60,720 nt of DNA, from positions 1-60,720 of the IMG/VR virus record IMGVR_UViG_3300009168_000011; one strand, given 5' to 3'. This stretch comes from a virus (lineage: Duplodnaviria > Caudoviricetes). A model generated the notes under the pieces. That model saw only the letters and a list, made by a program, of their open reading frames with translations. It did not search any database and was not told the DNA's origin. Positions 11,301 through 20,321 of this stretch are shown here, in pieces. Made by a program: the position numbers and the translations under genes. The first letter of the stretch is position 1; each line of letters opens with the position of its first letter.

Positions 11301-14300
11301 TAGGTCGCCAGATGGGCACGTATAGCCTCGCGGTCGACCGGTGCCGTAGTGGCCACTGCGTCCGGGTCCTGCCGGGGCATGACCCAGCCGTACTGATAGA
11401 GGTGTCCGATGTTCCAGCCGTGGTTGGTCCACGAGGCGCTGTTGCCCGGCGGCACCTCTGCAAGATACGCCTCGACCCCATCGTTGAGCCTCTGCGCCTG
11501 CGCCGTGTCGAGACCCATGGTCGAGGCGAAGTGGGTGCGGTCTTGCCGCAGACGGGTGACGCGCAACCGCGCCTTGGCCCGTTTGCCACTGTCTGGATAG
11601 GCGGTCGCGCTGTCGATGTTGTCGCCACGCAGGAAGACTGCGCCGCGCTGCAGCACGGTGGCTCCAAACTCCTTCAGATATTCGACTGCTTCCGCGACCT
11701 TCTTGGGTACGCGCGTCCCACCGCCGCGCGTGGTCGGCGCGCGTGCCGTGGTCTTCTCGGTCCGCGCCTGCTGCAGCTTCTCGACCCCATCGACGACGCG
11801 CGCCCACGCCGCCGCCTTGGCCCCCTTGAAGTTCTTCTCGCCGTGTGCCCGCAGCCGCTCGAAGTTCGGCGCTGCCTTGGCCCCCTCGTTGGCGATCATC
11901 AGTATCTGGCCATCGGTCAGCAGGCGGGCGTCCGCAGCCAGCGGGCCATTGATGAAGCGGCGCATCTCGGCGATAGGAACGCGCTCGACCGCTGGCTTCT
12001 CGACGCTCTCGGCAATCGCCGCCTCGACGGGACCGGAAGGGGCGACCGTTTCTGTCGTGGCAGGTGCGGTCGCAGGAGCTTGAGGTGAAATCTTCTCAAC
12101 CTCTACGGGCGCTGCCGGGGCCGTTTCCGGTGCGGCCTTCGCCTCCTTCGCCCATCTGTCTATATGGTCGGTGAGTATCTTTGCCAGTGCGTCATGATCG
12201 AGCGCCTCTCGCTGTGCCTGCTTGAACGCCTTGAGTTCAGCATCGTCGATCACGCCGTCCTGTTCGAGGTCGCTCGCAATCGTCCGCAGCGGAGACGATT
12301 TGCCCAGCGCGTCGGCTTCCGTCTTGGCCGCCTCGACCCGCTTGTGCAGCGCCTTGACTTCGCGGGCAGTGGCCTTAGCCTCAACCTGCGGTTGAGGCGT
12401 AGGAGCGACCGCTGGCGGTGGGACCGGGGCTGGTTCAGCCTCCGCAGGGGGCACGCCCCTAAACACATCCTGCAGTGCCGCCTTCGTCTCCGCCGTCTCC
12501 GGCCCCGCCTTTGCTCTTTCAGCCCGTGCCTTCGCCTCCGGCGTCTTCGCCTTCAACTCCGCCCGCAGTTCCTCGTTCTCCTTCTTGAGCCGGGCGGTCT
12601 CCTTCTCGGCTGCCGCCGCTTCCTTGGCTGCCTTGCGCTCGGCCTTCTCCCGCGCAATCCGCTCGCGCAGCGCCTTCCCCTCCGCGCGTGCCGCAGCCCG
12701 CTTCGCCCTAGCCGGAGCCTCCATCTCCCGCTTGGTCATCAGCGATAGCTGGCGCTCACCTGCTGGCGGGCCGCGCGTGGGTGCTGGCGCTGGCTCCTCG
12801 AACAGCGGACCTGCCTCGCCGCGCGGCGTCGGCGGACGGTAGCCACGCTCGAACGGCAACTGCGGCTCGCGCCACGCATCGATCTCCGGCAAGCGTCCTC
12901 GCGGACCAGCCGGAGCTTCACCGACACCGCGCATGGCAGGCATGGTGGTCGCCATGCCGGGCCGCTCTGGCGTGAGCATGGGCAGGCCAAGCTGGGCTTG
13001 TGGCTGCTGTGTGCTGCCATATGGCAGTGGCAACTGTTCGGGTTCGACCGGGGCCAGTGTCTCGGCGGGTGCTCGTGGCGCTGCCTCCGGCGGTGCGTTG
13101 CGCAACTGGGTGAGCCAGTTGTCAGCACGGTCCAGCGCCGCCATCCGCCACTCGGTAGTGGCCGGGCTGATCGGGTTCTTCTTGCGGTTCGACGCATCCT
13201 CGACCTCGCGCCGACGCATGTCTATCTCGGAGGCGATAGCGCGCAGGTCGCCAGTCTGCGCCATCCCAACCACCCGGTCAGACAGTGCATCCAGCCACTT
13301 GGCCGACTGGACTGGTCGATCCCTGCTGCCGATCATGGCACGCGCCACGTCGGGGTTATGCAAGACAGTCGGCGGAACGCCGGGCAATTCCATCTGCGTC
13401 GGCTCGGGGGCAGGCGGCGGCGTTGGGCGCTCAGGCGGACGGAATAGCGGACCGGCAGGTGGCGGCGCGACCCCCTGCCCCATCGGTAGCTCCGGCTGCA
13501 TCCACGTGCTCGGCGTTGCCGGTGCCTCCATCTCCGGCATGGCCATCGGCAACTGCTGCTGTCCCGGCGGGGTGCGCTCGGGCATATTCATCGGCAGCTG
13601 CATCTGCTGGTTGGAGACGCCGCCCTGCAGCGGCAGTCCGAACTGGGTGCCGGGCTCGGCCCGTGCGAACGGCGAGGATGCTGTAAGCTGCAGCATCTGG
13701 TCTGGTGCTGGCAGTGCAAGCTGGCCGGGACCACCGCCACCGCCCCCACCGGGCGTGACCGGTCCGCCCTGCGTGGTGAAGCCTGTGCCCGGACCCGGCA
13801 GCTGCAACTGCGGTGCTGGCAGGGCCAGCTGGGTATCCATCAGGTCAGTCGGCACACCGGGCTGGTCTTCGACCGGCTTCGGCTGGCGACCACGGCCAAG
13901 ATGTTCGACGGCCCCGAACGGGCCACCCAGCAGGCCGCCCGCCGCCGCGCTCTCAATATACTCGGTCTTCGCCTCCGGCGACCACAGTTCCTCGCCAGTC
14001 GCAAGCCGCTGTCCGCCCACGGTGATGGCTTCCTGTATCGCCTCCTCACCGGCCCCGGCAGCAATGGACAAGCCCAGCTTGGGCGCGGCCATGGTGCCCA
14101 GTTTCCCAAGCCCGCCACCGGCCACGCGCGCCACCGTGCCGCCGATGCCGAACGCACTTTCCATCACGCCCAGCGGGATGCCTATGCCTGCAGCCTTGGC
14201 GTAGTCCCGCTCCCCGGATACTTCTCCCTGCCGCTGCAGGATATCGCCGGTAGCCATCGTACTAGCGTAGCCGATAGCCCCCGCTGGCCCGCCGAAGCGC

Positions 14301-14680
14301 GCCGCCAATCCCAGCCCGACGAGGTTGGGCACCTGCGACGCCGCGAGATACCCGAGGTACTGCCCGAACTCGCCCTTGTTCCATGCGTCGACCGGCCCAG
14401 CAGCCTGACCCGTGTAGGGGTTGCGCGCTTGCTGGGCGTAGCCGATATCCTCGATGGCTGTCCCGGCCTTCCCCGGCACCAGCCCACCGAGACCCCGGAC
14501 CATGCTGCCCAGACCCTGCTGGAAATAATCGACGTAATCGCCTTTGTAGCCGGGGCCCTCCACCCCGTACTCCGGCCCGATGTCCGGCAGGGGGACGCCC
14601 GCGTAGGTGTACGCATCCTCCGTGGATACGTCGTCGTCTACCCGCAGCACGCGCCCGTCAGGAAGGGTGATGAACTTCAT
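5393..14680 (-). CDS. giant polyvalent virion/ejection protein (3 HExxH domains, LPD23-like segment, PLxRFG-like C-terminus)
   Basis: HEMIH, HEMQH and HEALH motifs; TGWYK..GPWTFEITD; YAPLRRSGDW; AT-hook RGRGRPRK; last gene of the virion operon. Confidence 0.8.
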   Translation of the reverse strand: MKFITLPDGRVLRVDDDVSTEDAYTYAGVPLPDIGPEYGVEGPGYKGDYVDYFQQGLGSMVRGLGGLVPGKAGTAIEDIGYAQQARNPYTGQAAGPVDAWNKGEFGQYLGYLAASQVPNLVGLGLAARFGGPAGAIGYASTMATGDILQRQGEVSGERDYAKAAGIGIPLGVMESAFGIGGTVARVAGGGLGKLGTMAAPKLGLSIAAGAGEEAIQEAITVGGQRLATGEELWSPEAKTEYIESAAAGGLLGGPFGAVEHLGRGRQPKPVEDQPGVPTDLMDTQLALPAPQLQLPGPGTGFTTQGGPVTPGGGGGGGPGQLALPAPDQMLQLTASSPFARAEPGTQFGLPLQGGVSNQQMQLPMNMPERTPPGQQQLPMAMPEMEAPATPSTWMQPELPMGQGVAPPPAGPLFRPPERPTPPPAPEPTQMELPGVPPTVLHNPDVARAMIGSRDRPVQSAKWLDALSDRVVGMAQTGDLRAIASEIDMRRREVEDASNRKKNPISPATTEWRMAALDRADNWLTQLRNAPPEAAPRAPAETLAPVEPEQLPLPYGSTQQPQAQLGLPMLTPERPGMATTMPAMRGVGEAPAGPRGRLPEIDAWREPQLPFERGYRPPTPRGEAGPLFEEPAPAPTRGPPAGERQLSLMTKREMEAPARAKRAAARAEGKALRERIAREKAERKAAKEAAAAEKETARLKKENEELRAELKAKTPEAKARAERAKAGPETAETKAALQDVFRGVPPAEAEPAPVPPPAVAPTPQPQVEAKATAREVKALHKRVEAAKTEADALGKSSPLRTIASDLEQDGVIDDAELKAFKQAQREALDHDALAKILTDHIDRWAKEAKAAPETAPAAPVEVEKISPQAPATAPATTETVAPSGPVEAAIAESVEKPAVERVPIAEMRRFINGPLAADARLLTDGQILMIANEGAKAAPNFERLRAHGEKNFKGAKAAAWARVVDGVEKLQQARTEKTTARAPTTRGGGTRVPKKVAEAVEYLKEFGATVLQRGAVFLRGDNIDSATAYPDSGKRAKARLRVTRLRQDRTHFASTMGLDTAQAQRLNDGVEAYLAEVPPGNSASWTNHGWNIGHLYQYGWVMPRQDPDAVATTAPVDREAIRAHLATYFDTLERIQAASGINAAAAGLAIPTTTGARAGAAWYYERALQNRYFLDAQTQAAEAAERAEAKRAEIDAAKAAGKLPKRGRGRPRKDGLGPGGLAMRVELDEKQGPDFTRRGFLQGISAAALISIANPVIAKPSVSTSTLKHPDLLKLLEAGKPKEALQWIASNSGSTHYRWIAKALTKGSGGFDSLTMRTDPYLADTEGAAGLTSVKDGRTEVTLDTKHGLDEDTFLHEMIHVYIYERWGLLNNYLPGNKRILGDEVDRGDAVVKEFQDLWGKVKQGVSKNLELDTEAGAEKASIAISEFAGSIDEALAWMLVDNKLRSYLRSVDIDGNPVGADSNKSAWRDILNWFLRAIGADPIPDPQLVTALDAMMSATSNLFASGATVKPDLAFYTALEKGIEKQNSGEMNELIEKLDVQGGRAPMSGLAMMIGPNGARGPGYETLGMATAMEKQGIKPHFGSEIKKLTGWYKTHDAGPWTFEITDHEMAIKQPHRMKERHVGVTTLGRLIDHPALFDAYPALKNLRVVFDPSPTAPAGHYIRMSDRFISMSEGVNSQNEIMISTKPGGVGSFGFNSVLLHEMQHAVQDREGMISTDTTFSQMLGRGSEMMPRMVELAKQLGISTSPEVAVYGKQLAKSLKMVMDGMRLARELDNAGKPHQAAAVMSAINNIVENDRFLPGALYELDWTEMQARQTQHRMNLTGEQRAEVNPNTNLVPGIRAPARRIGGGYSEVGPLGKALSLKGKTSYPVPNSEADPETSQMSDTLGKVATSRALSPEQRELADRLAPLVEGMELRSGTGELAEGTRGRVTINEDGTIDAQVGHHDDVEAVLHEALHTATTRRWGELKAKMKTGDKAVDDIVNRLEKLRKQAAKLYDAKRDAPEVGEAIENIDEFLAYGRTSPAMQEWMRNKQSGGMWGGFVDTVRRIIGLPPKYGPLLNAMMRESTSMLDIAARTPPKTAEALAEKIKSGDPVQLMLRGARAKVSANPINELNEMSKPWLMGMGNLAKTKWPSYLAIRGDLYDMLARRMEQAGISSDPIKKLARVIASRDAIRVRGEQEVADLNRDYLHLPEGERRGVTKDNRGKVNNLIEAMTRAGEWGFTPDWLPAADAARVKVNPEFAKQFNSLSRAGQAHTKALLRSIYDKTQQLRDVATGVVRAAYAADLAAAKNDVERQAVENQIAAETKQVLDPANFDNSLPYAPLRRSGDWAVVAMSKEYAAAKQAGNHKRMAELKGDHLHYFVDFAQTEAEAEYMRRAIMKSNPAFAADKGGVATRKEAKGLNEQFYAGDDMPKAFERVMARVSGSEEMKASTRNQLLNIARTLYLRSLSDQNARKGALRRFNVASMPLDIQLNVEQHLKSQSYNLASIQRNGEILDGFTALEKSLDKLATKPDDFAAASRMFNEITARYMMTQQPPPETFASHFLERVRGVASFWQLSLSPRFLLQQTLQPTIMTAPLLEGRYGLKRGAAALKNAYAAVDMGKLGEAWRNDDGLKTDFVEAKYRPLLNYIADMGLLDVGISSETGKLPNRLDEKLKGVRLVREWPRYVEFLNRAASAIAAYELELQTPTEVSKPDAGAYADYRANVEGPAMSERQFNSAYAAARTVQQTQGDYSTASAPRILQSSVGATVGQYRKIAIIVASNYIRMISRMADKSLSKTERAIAARSLAYSLGHVLAFGGIAGLPGATLMFGLVNFIMGLFGDEDDPPEDIEEDIREAVGDPMLANLLLAGIPTLGGLNLASTLGQGTVLSVQPYQDLSLQRDDLLQYIGAIAGGPAGGLGVNFATGIDEMIDGNMYKGIAKTLPSGMASALSAFSEAQNGITNQRGTLLQSADEIDMSESMLRAVGLQTEDRAGTFKRGERAYDVRTFFKGRQDDITDEFNDAIGSGNAVARQAAIQKWLKLQQVKQENGFKITPLSSLLKSPARRARERAAVLGGVRYMPGEEAFAATQAGLYDPTLSYSDEEMAAAGGY

Positions 14681-16923
14681 TGGCCGCTCGGCAACAATAC
14701 GCTGTCGCTGTGCTGCGGCTGGGCGATCCTCCGCGCGTAGCCCATGTCCATCTTCTTCAGGTTAGCGAACTGGTTGATCAGTTCCCGTATCGCAGGCGAG
14801 TTTCCGCTCTTACCCTCCATCGCCTTCACGTCCCAGTAACGCTTCTTGTCGACCTCCAGATTGCCGGTGGCGAAGTAGTTGCCCGCCGCACGCGCTGCCT
14901 GATTGGGGCCCGTGTACGCCCCCTTCACTTTCGGGTCGCCGCGTAGGTCCGTCATCACGCCCGGTATCAGTTCGTCGGTCAGCCGCTCCTGATCACGCTT
15001 GTCGTACGACCCGACCCGCTGGATCACGGCGTTGTTGAACGCCTGCCGGTAAGTCTTGGCCTCGTCTTCGGGCGACAGCTGCTGGCCATTGTCAGCCGCT
15101 GCCTTGCGCGCCGCCTGCACTGTAGCGGCTGCCATCTGGGACGCCTGCGTGCGCGCCGTGAGAAGCTCCTGCTGGTACAGCTTCGGCGTATCGAACTGCC
15201 CACCGCCAGCATACTTCGGCTGTTTCGGAGTGGTGAGCGAAGGCAGCCCCGTGCCGGATGTTCCGGGTTGCCCGCTTGTCGGCAGGCCAGCCCCCGTGCC
15301 GCCGCCACCGTGAGCGGCAGCGAGAGCGCCGACAGTCGCTTTTTTGTCCAAGGGGCCATACTGCGCCGTCATCATCCGCTGCGTGCGCGGCCCAAATCGC
15401 CCAAACGGAATAACGGTTGCCACCTGTTCCTGCACATCGCGCGGAGCAGACATGGCATTGGGATATTGTTTTAGATCGACGCCCGCCTTCGGGGCAAAAT
15501 CCTGCCATGTCGGCGTGTTGATCTGAAAATGTCCTTGGCTCTTGGTCCCCGGCCCCGCCACGTCACTGTCCACCCCGGACGGAATGTTCCTGTCACCGCT
15601 TTCAATCTGCGCCAGCGTGTTAAGAAACCCACCGCCGCCTGCGATAGGTATGCCTGTGCCGCCAGTACCTCCGGTGCCTCCCGTCCCGCCCGGTATCGGA
15701 GCGGTGATCAGCGACCCCGGCGACGTGTCCGCCGGTAGGCCAGTCCCTGCGAGATAGGCCGAGAACTCAATCGGCTCACGGCCCGCCTCGATCAGGCTCT
15801 GGTTGTACGCATTGTACGCATTGGCGGCGCTGATCCTCGTATTCTGCTGGGCGTTCGTGACCTGCGCCTGACTGGCCGCGATTGCCTGCTTGCCCTGCGC
15901 CATCTGGATGAACTGCGACTGGATTTCGGCAATCGACTTCACTGCCCCGGCCATGTTCCCGGTAGCCGCACCGCGCAGCAGCGTCGTCACGTCCTGCACC
16001 GCCATGTACACGGGCTTCGTGCTCATCTGCCCGTCGGGTCCGATGTAGACCGTGGGCGCGACCGTGCCGCGCGGGTTGAGACCGAACGCCACCTTACCAT
16101 CGGCATCCTTGGACATCTCGAACCCGACCCCCATCGGGTTGCGGGCGCTCAGTGCTTCAAGCCCACGCTGGTCGCCGTTGACGATGTAGTTCATCCCTGC
16201 AATCTCGGCCTCGCGGCCAACCTGATCCAACTCTGTCGCGTTCTGCGTGACATACTGCTGGAGTACCGACGCCGCCTCCTGCTCCTTGCCGTACTTCCGG
16301 TAAATGCTGGCCCGCTTAACGGCCTTGTCGTATTCATTTTCCGGGCGGGTCTCCGACTTGGGCACCGTCTGCGGCGCTCCCGTAAACCGATCCGTGACAC
16401 TCACGAGGTCCTTGGCCGGGACGCCTGCGGCTGGCACTGGCGACTGCGCAGGCGGAACCACTGCCGCCGCTGCCTGCTCCGTTTCAGTCGGGGGCAGGGC
16501 AACTGGCGGACCCCCACCGGTCCGCAGCGCAGCCGCTGCGACAGGCGGAGGCGTGGCGGCTGCAGCGGCAGGGATTGGCAATGCCTGCTGCGGCTGGGGA
16601 GATGCGGCTGGGCCGGGGAGCGCCAGCTGCGGCGCGGGCCCCGGCAACGCCTGCTGCGGTGGAGGCGCGGCCTGCGTTGCTCCGCCAGCGATATTGACGG
16701 GCGACGGCTGTGACGCTGGAGAGGGGTTGGGATTGTCCCATTCAACACCCTTTGTCTTCGGGTCCTCTAACGCCGCAAGGGCCGCCTTCATCTCGATGTC
16801 TTCATCGCGCAGGCGCTTGCGTTCTTTCTCCGCCTCCGCCTCACGCTGCCAGCGAGACCCGGTTTCCCAACCCTTGATCCCACCTTCGACGGCCTGCCCG
16901 AGTGCCGATAGAAATCCACCCAT
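14677..16923 (-). CDS. internal virion protein with lysozyme-like/Rpf-type transglycosylase domain
   Basis: LAQIESG...GHFQINTPTW...PNAMSAPRDVQEQVA. Start placed at ATG 16923 (GAGGAGGA SD, TGATG overlap). Confidence 0.7.
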   Translation of the reverse strand: MGGFLSALGQAVEGGIKGWETGSRWQREAEAEKERKRLRDEDIEMKAALAALEDPKTKGVEWDNPNPSPASQPSPVNIAGGATQAAPPPQQALPGPAPQLALPGPAASPQPQQALPIPAAAAATPPPVAAAALRTGGGPPVALPPTETEQAAAAVVPPAQSPVPAAGVPAKDLVSVTDRFTGAPQTVPKSETRPENEYDKAVKRASIYRKYGKEQEAASVLQQYVTQNATELDQVGREAEIAGMNYIVNGDQRGLEALSARNPMGVGFEMSKDADGKVAFGLNPRGTVAPTVYIGPDGQMSTKPVYMAVQDVTTLLRGAATGNMAGAVKSIAEIQSQFIQMAQGKQAIAASQAQVTNAQQNTRISAANAYNAYNQSLIEAGREPIEFSAYLAGTGLPADTSPGSLITAPIPGGTGGTGGTGGTGIPIAGGGGFLNTLAQIESGDRNIPSGVDSDVAGPGTKSQGHFQINTPTWQDFAPKAGVDLKQYPNAMSAPRDVQEQVATVIPFGRFGPRTQRMMTAQYGPLDKKATVGALAAAHGGGGTGAGLPTSGQPGTSGTGLPSLTTPKQPKYAGGGQFDTPKLYQQELLTARTQASQMAAATVQAARKAAADNGQQLSPEDEAKTYRQAFNNAVIQRVGSYDKRDQERLTDELIPGVMTDLRGDPKVKGAYTGPNQAARAAGNYFATGNLEVDKKRYWDVKAMEGKSGNSPAIRELINQFANLKKMDMGYARRIAQPQHSDSVLLPSGQ

Positions 16924-18011
16924 CAGCCAATCCTCCTCGGCAGATACGGAGCCTTGACGGCGAGGTAGCCGTCCACCGTGCACACCAGATCGGAGGCGAT
17001 CTTCTGTAGCTCGTGAGCCATGACGCCCAGCCACCGACCCGGACGATCATTGTAGTTGAAGAAGTAGAAGCGGGCCCCGGCGGCATCCTTCCCGGCGAAG
17101 ACGATGTTGTGCTTCAGGCGGATGTCCGACCTTGCGAACCCGCCCGGTCCCATCGCTGCCTGCAGGCCAACCCCGGCCAGCTGACCAACCGCGTTCCACG
17201 GCGACGACGCCGCCTCCGCCGAGCGGGCACTGTTCGCTTGGCTGCTGTAGATACTAGCAATGTTACCGTAGCCCTGCTGCGCCGCCTGATAGCCAGCCAG
17301 CGGGACTTGCGCCGCACCACCGGCAGCACCGAGAGCCTGCGCACCGATCCCGCCCTGCGCCTGCATGTTGCCCTGCCCGGCCTGCCCGAAGGCGAGGATG
17401 CCCGACTGCCCGCCGCGTCCGAAGTTGGCGGCGTCCGCCGTGTACTGCATGCCCAGCTGCTGCGCCGCGTTACGGGCGCGCGTCATGGCGTTGGCCTCGA
17501 TCAGCGCCCGCTGCGGTAGCTGCTGGGTACGCATCGCCGCCATGCGACCAACGTCCAGCGGGCCGCCGCCAAGCGCGCCCACGGTACGCATCGCCTGCGC
17601 GTCCTGCCCGGAGAACGCCGTCTCGATATCGCCCTTGGCCGCCAGCGCCTGACGCTGCTGCTCGGCGGGGGTGCTATATTCCTGCACTGCCTTGTAATAG
17701 GCTTCCTCGGCGGGGATGCCGTACTGCTTGTACCGCTCCATCGCCTGCGTCATCTGGCCGATATTGAGGTCGGCCATCGTGTCGAGCCGTTCGGACGACC
17801 GCGCCGCCTGCGCCATCTGCGCCTCGACGGCAGGCTTCATCGTTTCGTTGAAATATGTCTCAGTGAAGTTCTGCGCCTGCTGGGCGATGTTCGCCATCTG
17901 CGCCGTTGCCCGGCTGATCTGCGGGTCGTACGCGGTCTTCTGGCTCTTGCCCCCGCCCCAAGAAGCGACACTCCGACCTGAGCATCCGGTAGAGGAGAAC
18001 GTCCTGCCCAT
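16923..18011 (-). CDS. ejection/DNA-transfer protein with C-terminal peptidase S74-like chaperone domain
   Basis: Ala/Gln/Gly-rich body; SDIRLKHNI...FNY...GVMAHEL; SD AGGAG before ATG 18011. Confidence 0.7.
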   Translation of the reverse strand: MGRTFSSTGCSGRSVASWGGGKSQKTAYDPQISRATAQMANIAQQAQNFTETYFNETMKPAVEAQMAQAARSSERLDTMADLNIGQMTQAMERYKQYGIPAEEAYYKAVQEYSTPAEQQRQALAAKGDIETAFSGQDAQAMRTVGALGGGPLDVGRMAAMRTQQLPQRALIEANAMTRARNAAQQLGMQYTADAANFGRGGQSGILAFGQAGQGNMQAQGGIGAQALGAAGGAAQVPLAGYQAAQQGYGNIASIYSSQANSARSAEAASSPWNAVGQLAGVGLQAAMGPGGFARSDIRLKHNIVFAGKDAAGARFYFFNYNDRPGRWLGVMAHELQKIASDLVCTVDGYLAVKAPYLPRRIG

Positions 18012-18429
18012 GAACTCCTGCTCCTTTCAGCCGTGCCTCGATAGAGAACCCGATATTTTCGAGGAAGCGGCGGCTGTCGGTATTGTCTTCCTCGACCCAC
18101 CCCGTGATCCGCGTACAGCCAAGCTGGTCGAAGGGATACTTAAATGCCCAGAACAGGAACTCGCGGTTGAGCCAGCGCCTGCCCGGCTTGCCTGCGATAT
18201 GACAGAAGACATTGGACCCGTTGTATTCGACATAGAGCAGCGCCGCTATGATCTCGCCGTCGACCCGAAGCACGATGCCCTTCTGCTGAAAGGACGGGTT
18301 GATCGGGATGAAACCCTTGATGAAATTGAACGCCGCGTCCTCGTCTGCCACAACCTCGTGGCGCGCTCGCAGCCTGTCACCGTGCGGTGTATCATCGGTC
18401 ACACGGGCGAGCAACTTCTCAGCGATCAT
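17860..18429 (-). CDS. GNAT-family acetyltransferase-like protein
   Basis: FKYPFDQLGCTRITGWVEEDNTDSRRFLENIGF...ECRFL; ATGA overlap at 18426-18429. Confidence 0.8.
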   Translation of the reverse strand: MIAEKLLARVTDDTPHGDRLRARHEVVADEDAAFNFIKGFIPINPSFQQKGIVLRVDGEIIAALLYVEYNGSNVFCHIAGKPGRRWLNREFLFWAFKYPFDQLGCTRITGWVEEDNTDSRRFLENIGFSIEARLKGAGVHGQDVLLYRMLRSECRFLGRGQEPEDRVRPADQPGNGADGEHRPAGAELH

Positions 18430-20321
18430 CGTTTGTAAACTATCCCCCGCATCGACGTAGAGTAGAACCTCGTATAGCTGCCCAAGGTACGCCGCAACTC
18501 CAGCCGGTACGTGCACGGCGTGTCAGCGAGAGGCATCTCGTCGTAGAACTCGAAGTTGTAGGAGATCACCCGGTTGTCGACCACGCCGAGACCGGTATAG
18601 GTCTGCAGTATCTTGCCATCGTTGAGCCGCATGATCCGAAAATCGATATGGTCAGGGTTGCTGCCTGACCCCTCAAGGATCAGCGAGACGTTGATGCTCA
18701 CCACCTGCGTCATCCCGTTCGCCGCGATCACCGTGATCAGCACATCCGTCGGAAGACTGATCCACGTGTTGAACGCCGAGGTGGGACGATACCCAAGGGT
18801 GCCGTAATCGTAGAAGAAGAAATCGAAATCGAAGGTGGCGTTTTCCTGCAGCTTGACCGTGCCAATGGCGGCCTCTTGGATGACCGCGTTGCGGATGTAG
18901 GTGATGCCACCGATCACCTCGAACGGGACGCCCGAGGCGTTCTCGATCCTGAAACGGTCAGCCTTGACGATGAACGCTGACTGCCCCGCCCCGCTGATCA
19001 GTTCGATGCCGGTGATGATGCCACCCGCCTGCACCGTCAGCACGTACTCGGCGTAGATGCCGTTCACCGCGTTGAATATCTGTTCGATGTTGGCCGTGTT
19101 GCCCGCCACCGTGGTCGACACGTTGGTGATCTGCACCGCCAACGCGCTATCCGCGTTAGCCCGCGCAGTCTGCTCGGTCACGATCATGCCTTGGGTCTGC
19201 ATGATCTGCGTCTGCTGGTCAGAGTTCACCGCGACGACCTGATCGACCCGCGTACTCAACGCCGCGTCAGCGCTCGCCCGCACCGTCTCCTCAGTCGCAA
19301 TCCGTGCCGTCAGCACGGTGAGGTTAGTGCCCTGCCCGTTGACCGTTGCCGTCAGGTTGGTGATCTGGGTGCCCAGCGCGGTGTCGGCATCAGCACGGAC
19401 AGTCTTTTCGGTATTGAGGGCAGCATTGGTCGCGGCGATCTCACCGGTATGTCCGGTCACCGTCGCACTCAGGTTGGTGATCTGGGTTGCCTGCGCCGTG
19501 TCGGCGGCTGCGCGGGTGCTCTCCTCCGCCGCAATCCGGGCAGTGTTGTCAGCAACCTGATCCGCATTGACGTCCACCGACGCCTCAATGGTGGACATGC
19601 GGGTCGCGGCAGCAGCATCGGCGGTCGCCCGTGTCGTCTCCTCCGTCGCGATCCGAGCCGTCACGGTCGAGTTGTTGGTGTTCACTGTGGCAGTAAGCGT
19701 GTCGACCCGCGTGCCCAGCGCTGTGTCCGCCGTCGCCCGCGCCGTCGCCTCGCTGGCGATAGACGCCTGCACGGTCTCGTTGTTAGTATTCACCACCGCA
19801 GTCAGCGCTGTGATGTCCGTCGCCAATGCCGTATCGGCAGTGATGCGCGCCGACTGCTCGTTGGAGATCGCCGCCGTGTTGGCGAGGATACGCTGGTCGT
19901 CGACCGGGGCCCACGCCGACCCGCTCCAGCGATGCAGCTTGAAATTGTCGTCGCTGTCGAACCACAGATCGCCGACATTCAGTTCATAGGGTGGCGAGGC
20001 AGGCGGGTCTGCCTGCAAGTAGGTGGTGTTCGACCCGTCCCCAGTGGCGATGATCTGCTGGATTTGCTGCGACAGCGCCTCATCGGCATTGATGCGCGCC
20101 GTCTGCTCGATCCGGATCGCCGCGTTCATCCCCGCGAGCGCAGCGTCCACCTCCGACAGCGACTGCTGCAACGCGCTGCTCGTGCCGGAGCCGGACAGCC
20201 CCGCATTATCCAAGAGCGCGATGATCCGCTCAAGGTTGTACTTCATCGCAGTCAGCAGGGAGTAGTCGGCATTGTCTACTGACTGGACCGCCGGTAGCCC
20301 TTGCCAGCCCAGCTGTGACAC
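18426..20321 (-). CDS. tail spike/needle protein with long coiled coil (gpJ C-terminal-like)
   Basis: Repeated ExTxRAxADxAL units; GDLWFDSDD; FIVKADRF..PFEV.GG.TYIRNA.I. Confidence 0.65.
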   Translation of the reverse strand: MSQLGWQGLPAVQSVDNADYSLLTAMKYNLERIIALLDNAGLSGSGTSSALQQSLSEVDAALAGMNAAIRIEQTARINADEALSQQIQQIIATGDGSNTTYLQADPPASPPYELNVGDLWFDSDDNFKLHRWSGSAWAPVDDQRILANTAAISNEQSARITADTALATDITALTAVVNTNNETVQASIASEATARATADTALGTRVDTLTATVNTNNSTVTARIATEETTRATADAAAATRMSTIEASVDVNADQVADNTARIAAEESTRAAADTAQATQITNLSATVTGHTGEIAATNAALNTEKTVRADADTALGTQITNLTATVNGQGTNLTVLTARIATEETVRASADAALSTRVDQVVAVNSDQQTQIMQTQGMIVTEQTARANADSALAVQITNVSTTVAGNTANIEQIFNAVNGIYAEYVLTVQAGGIITGIELISGAGQSAFIVKADRFRIENASGVPFEVIGGITYIRNAVIQEAAIGTVKLQENATFDFDFFFYDYGTLGYRPTSAFNTWISLPTDVLITVIAANGMTQVVSINVSLILEGSGSNPDHIDFRIMRLNDGKILQTYTGLGVVDNRVISYNFEFYDEMPLADTPCTYRLELRRTLGSYTRFYSTSMRGIVYKR

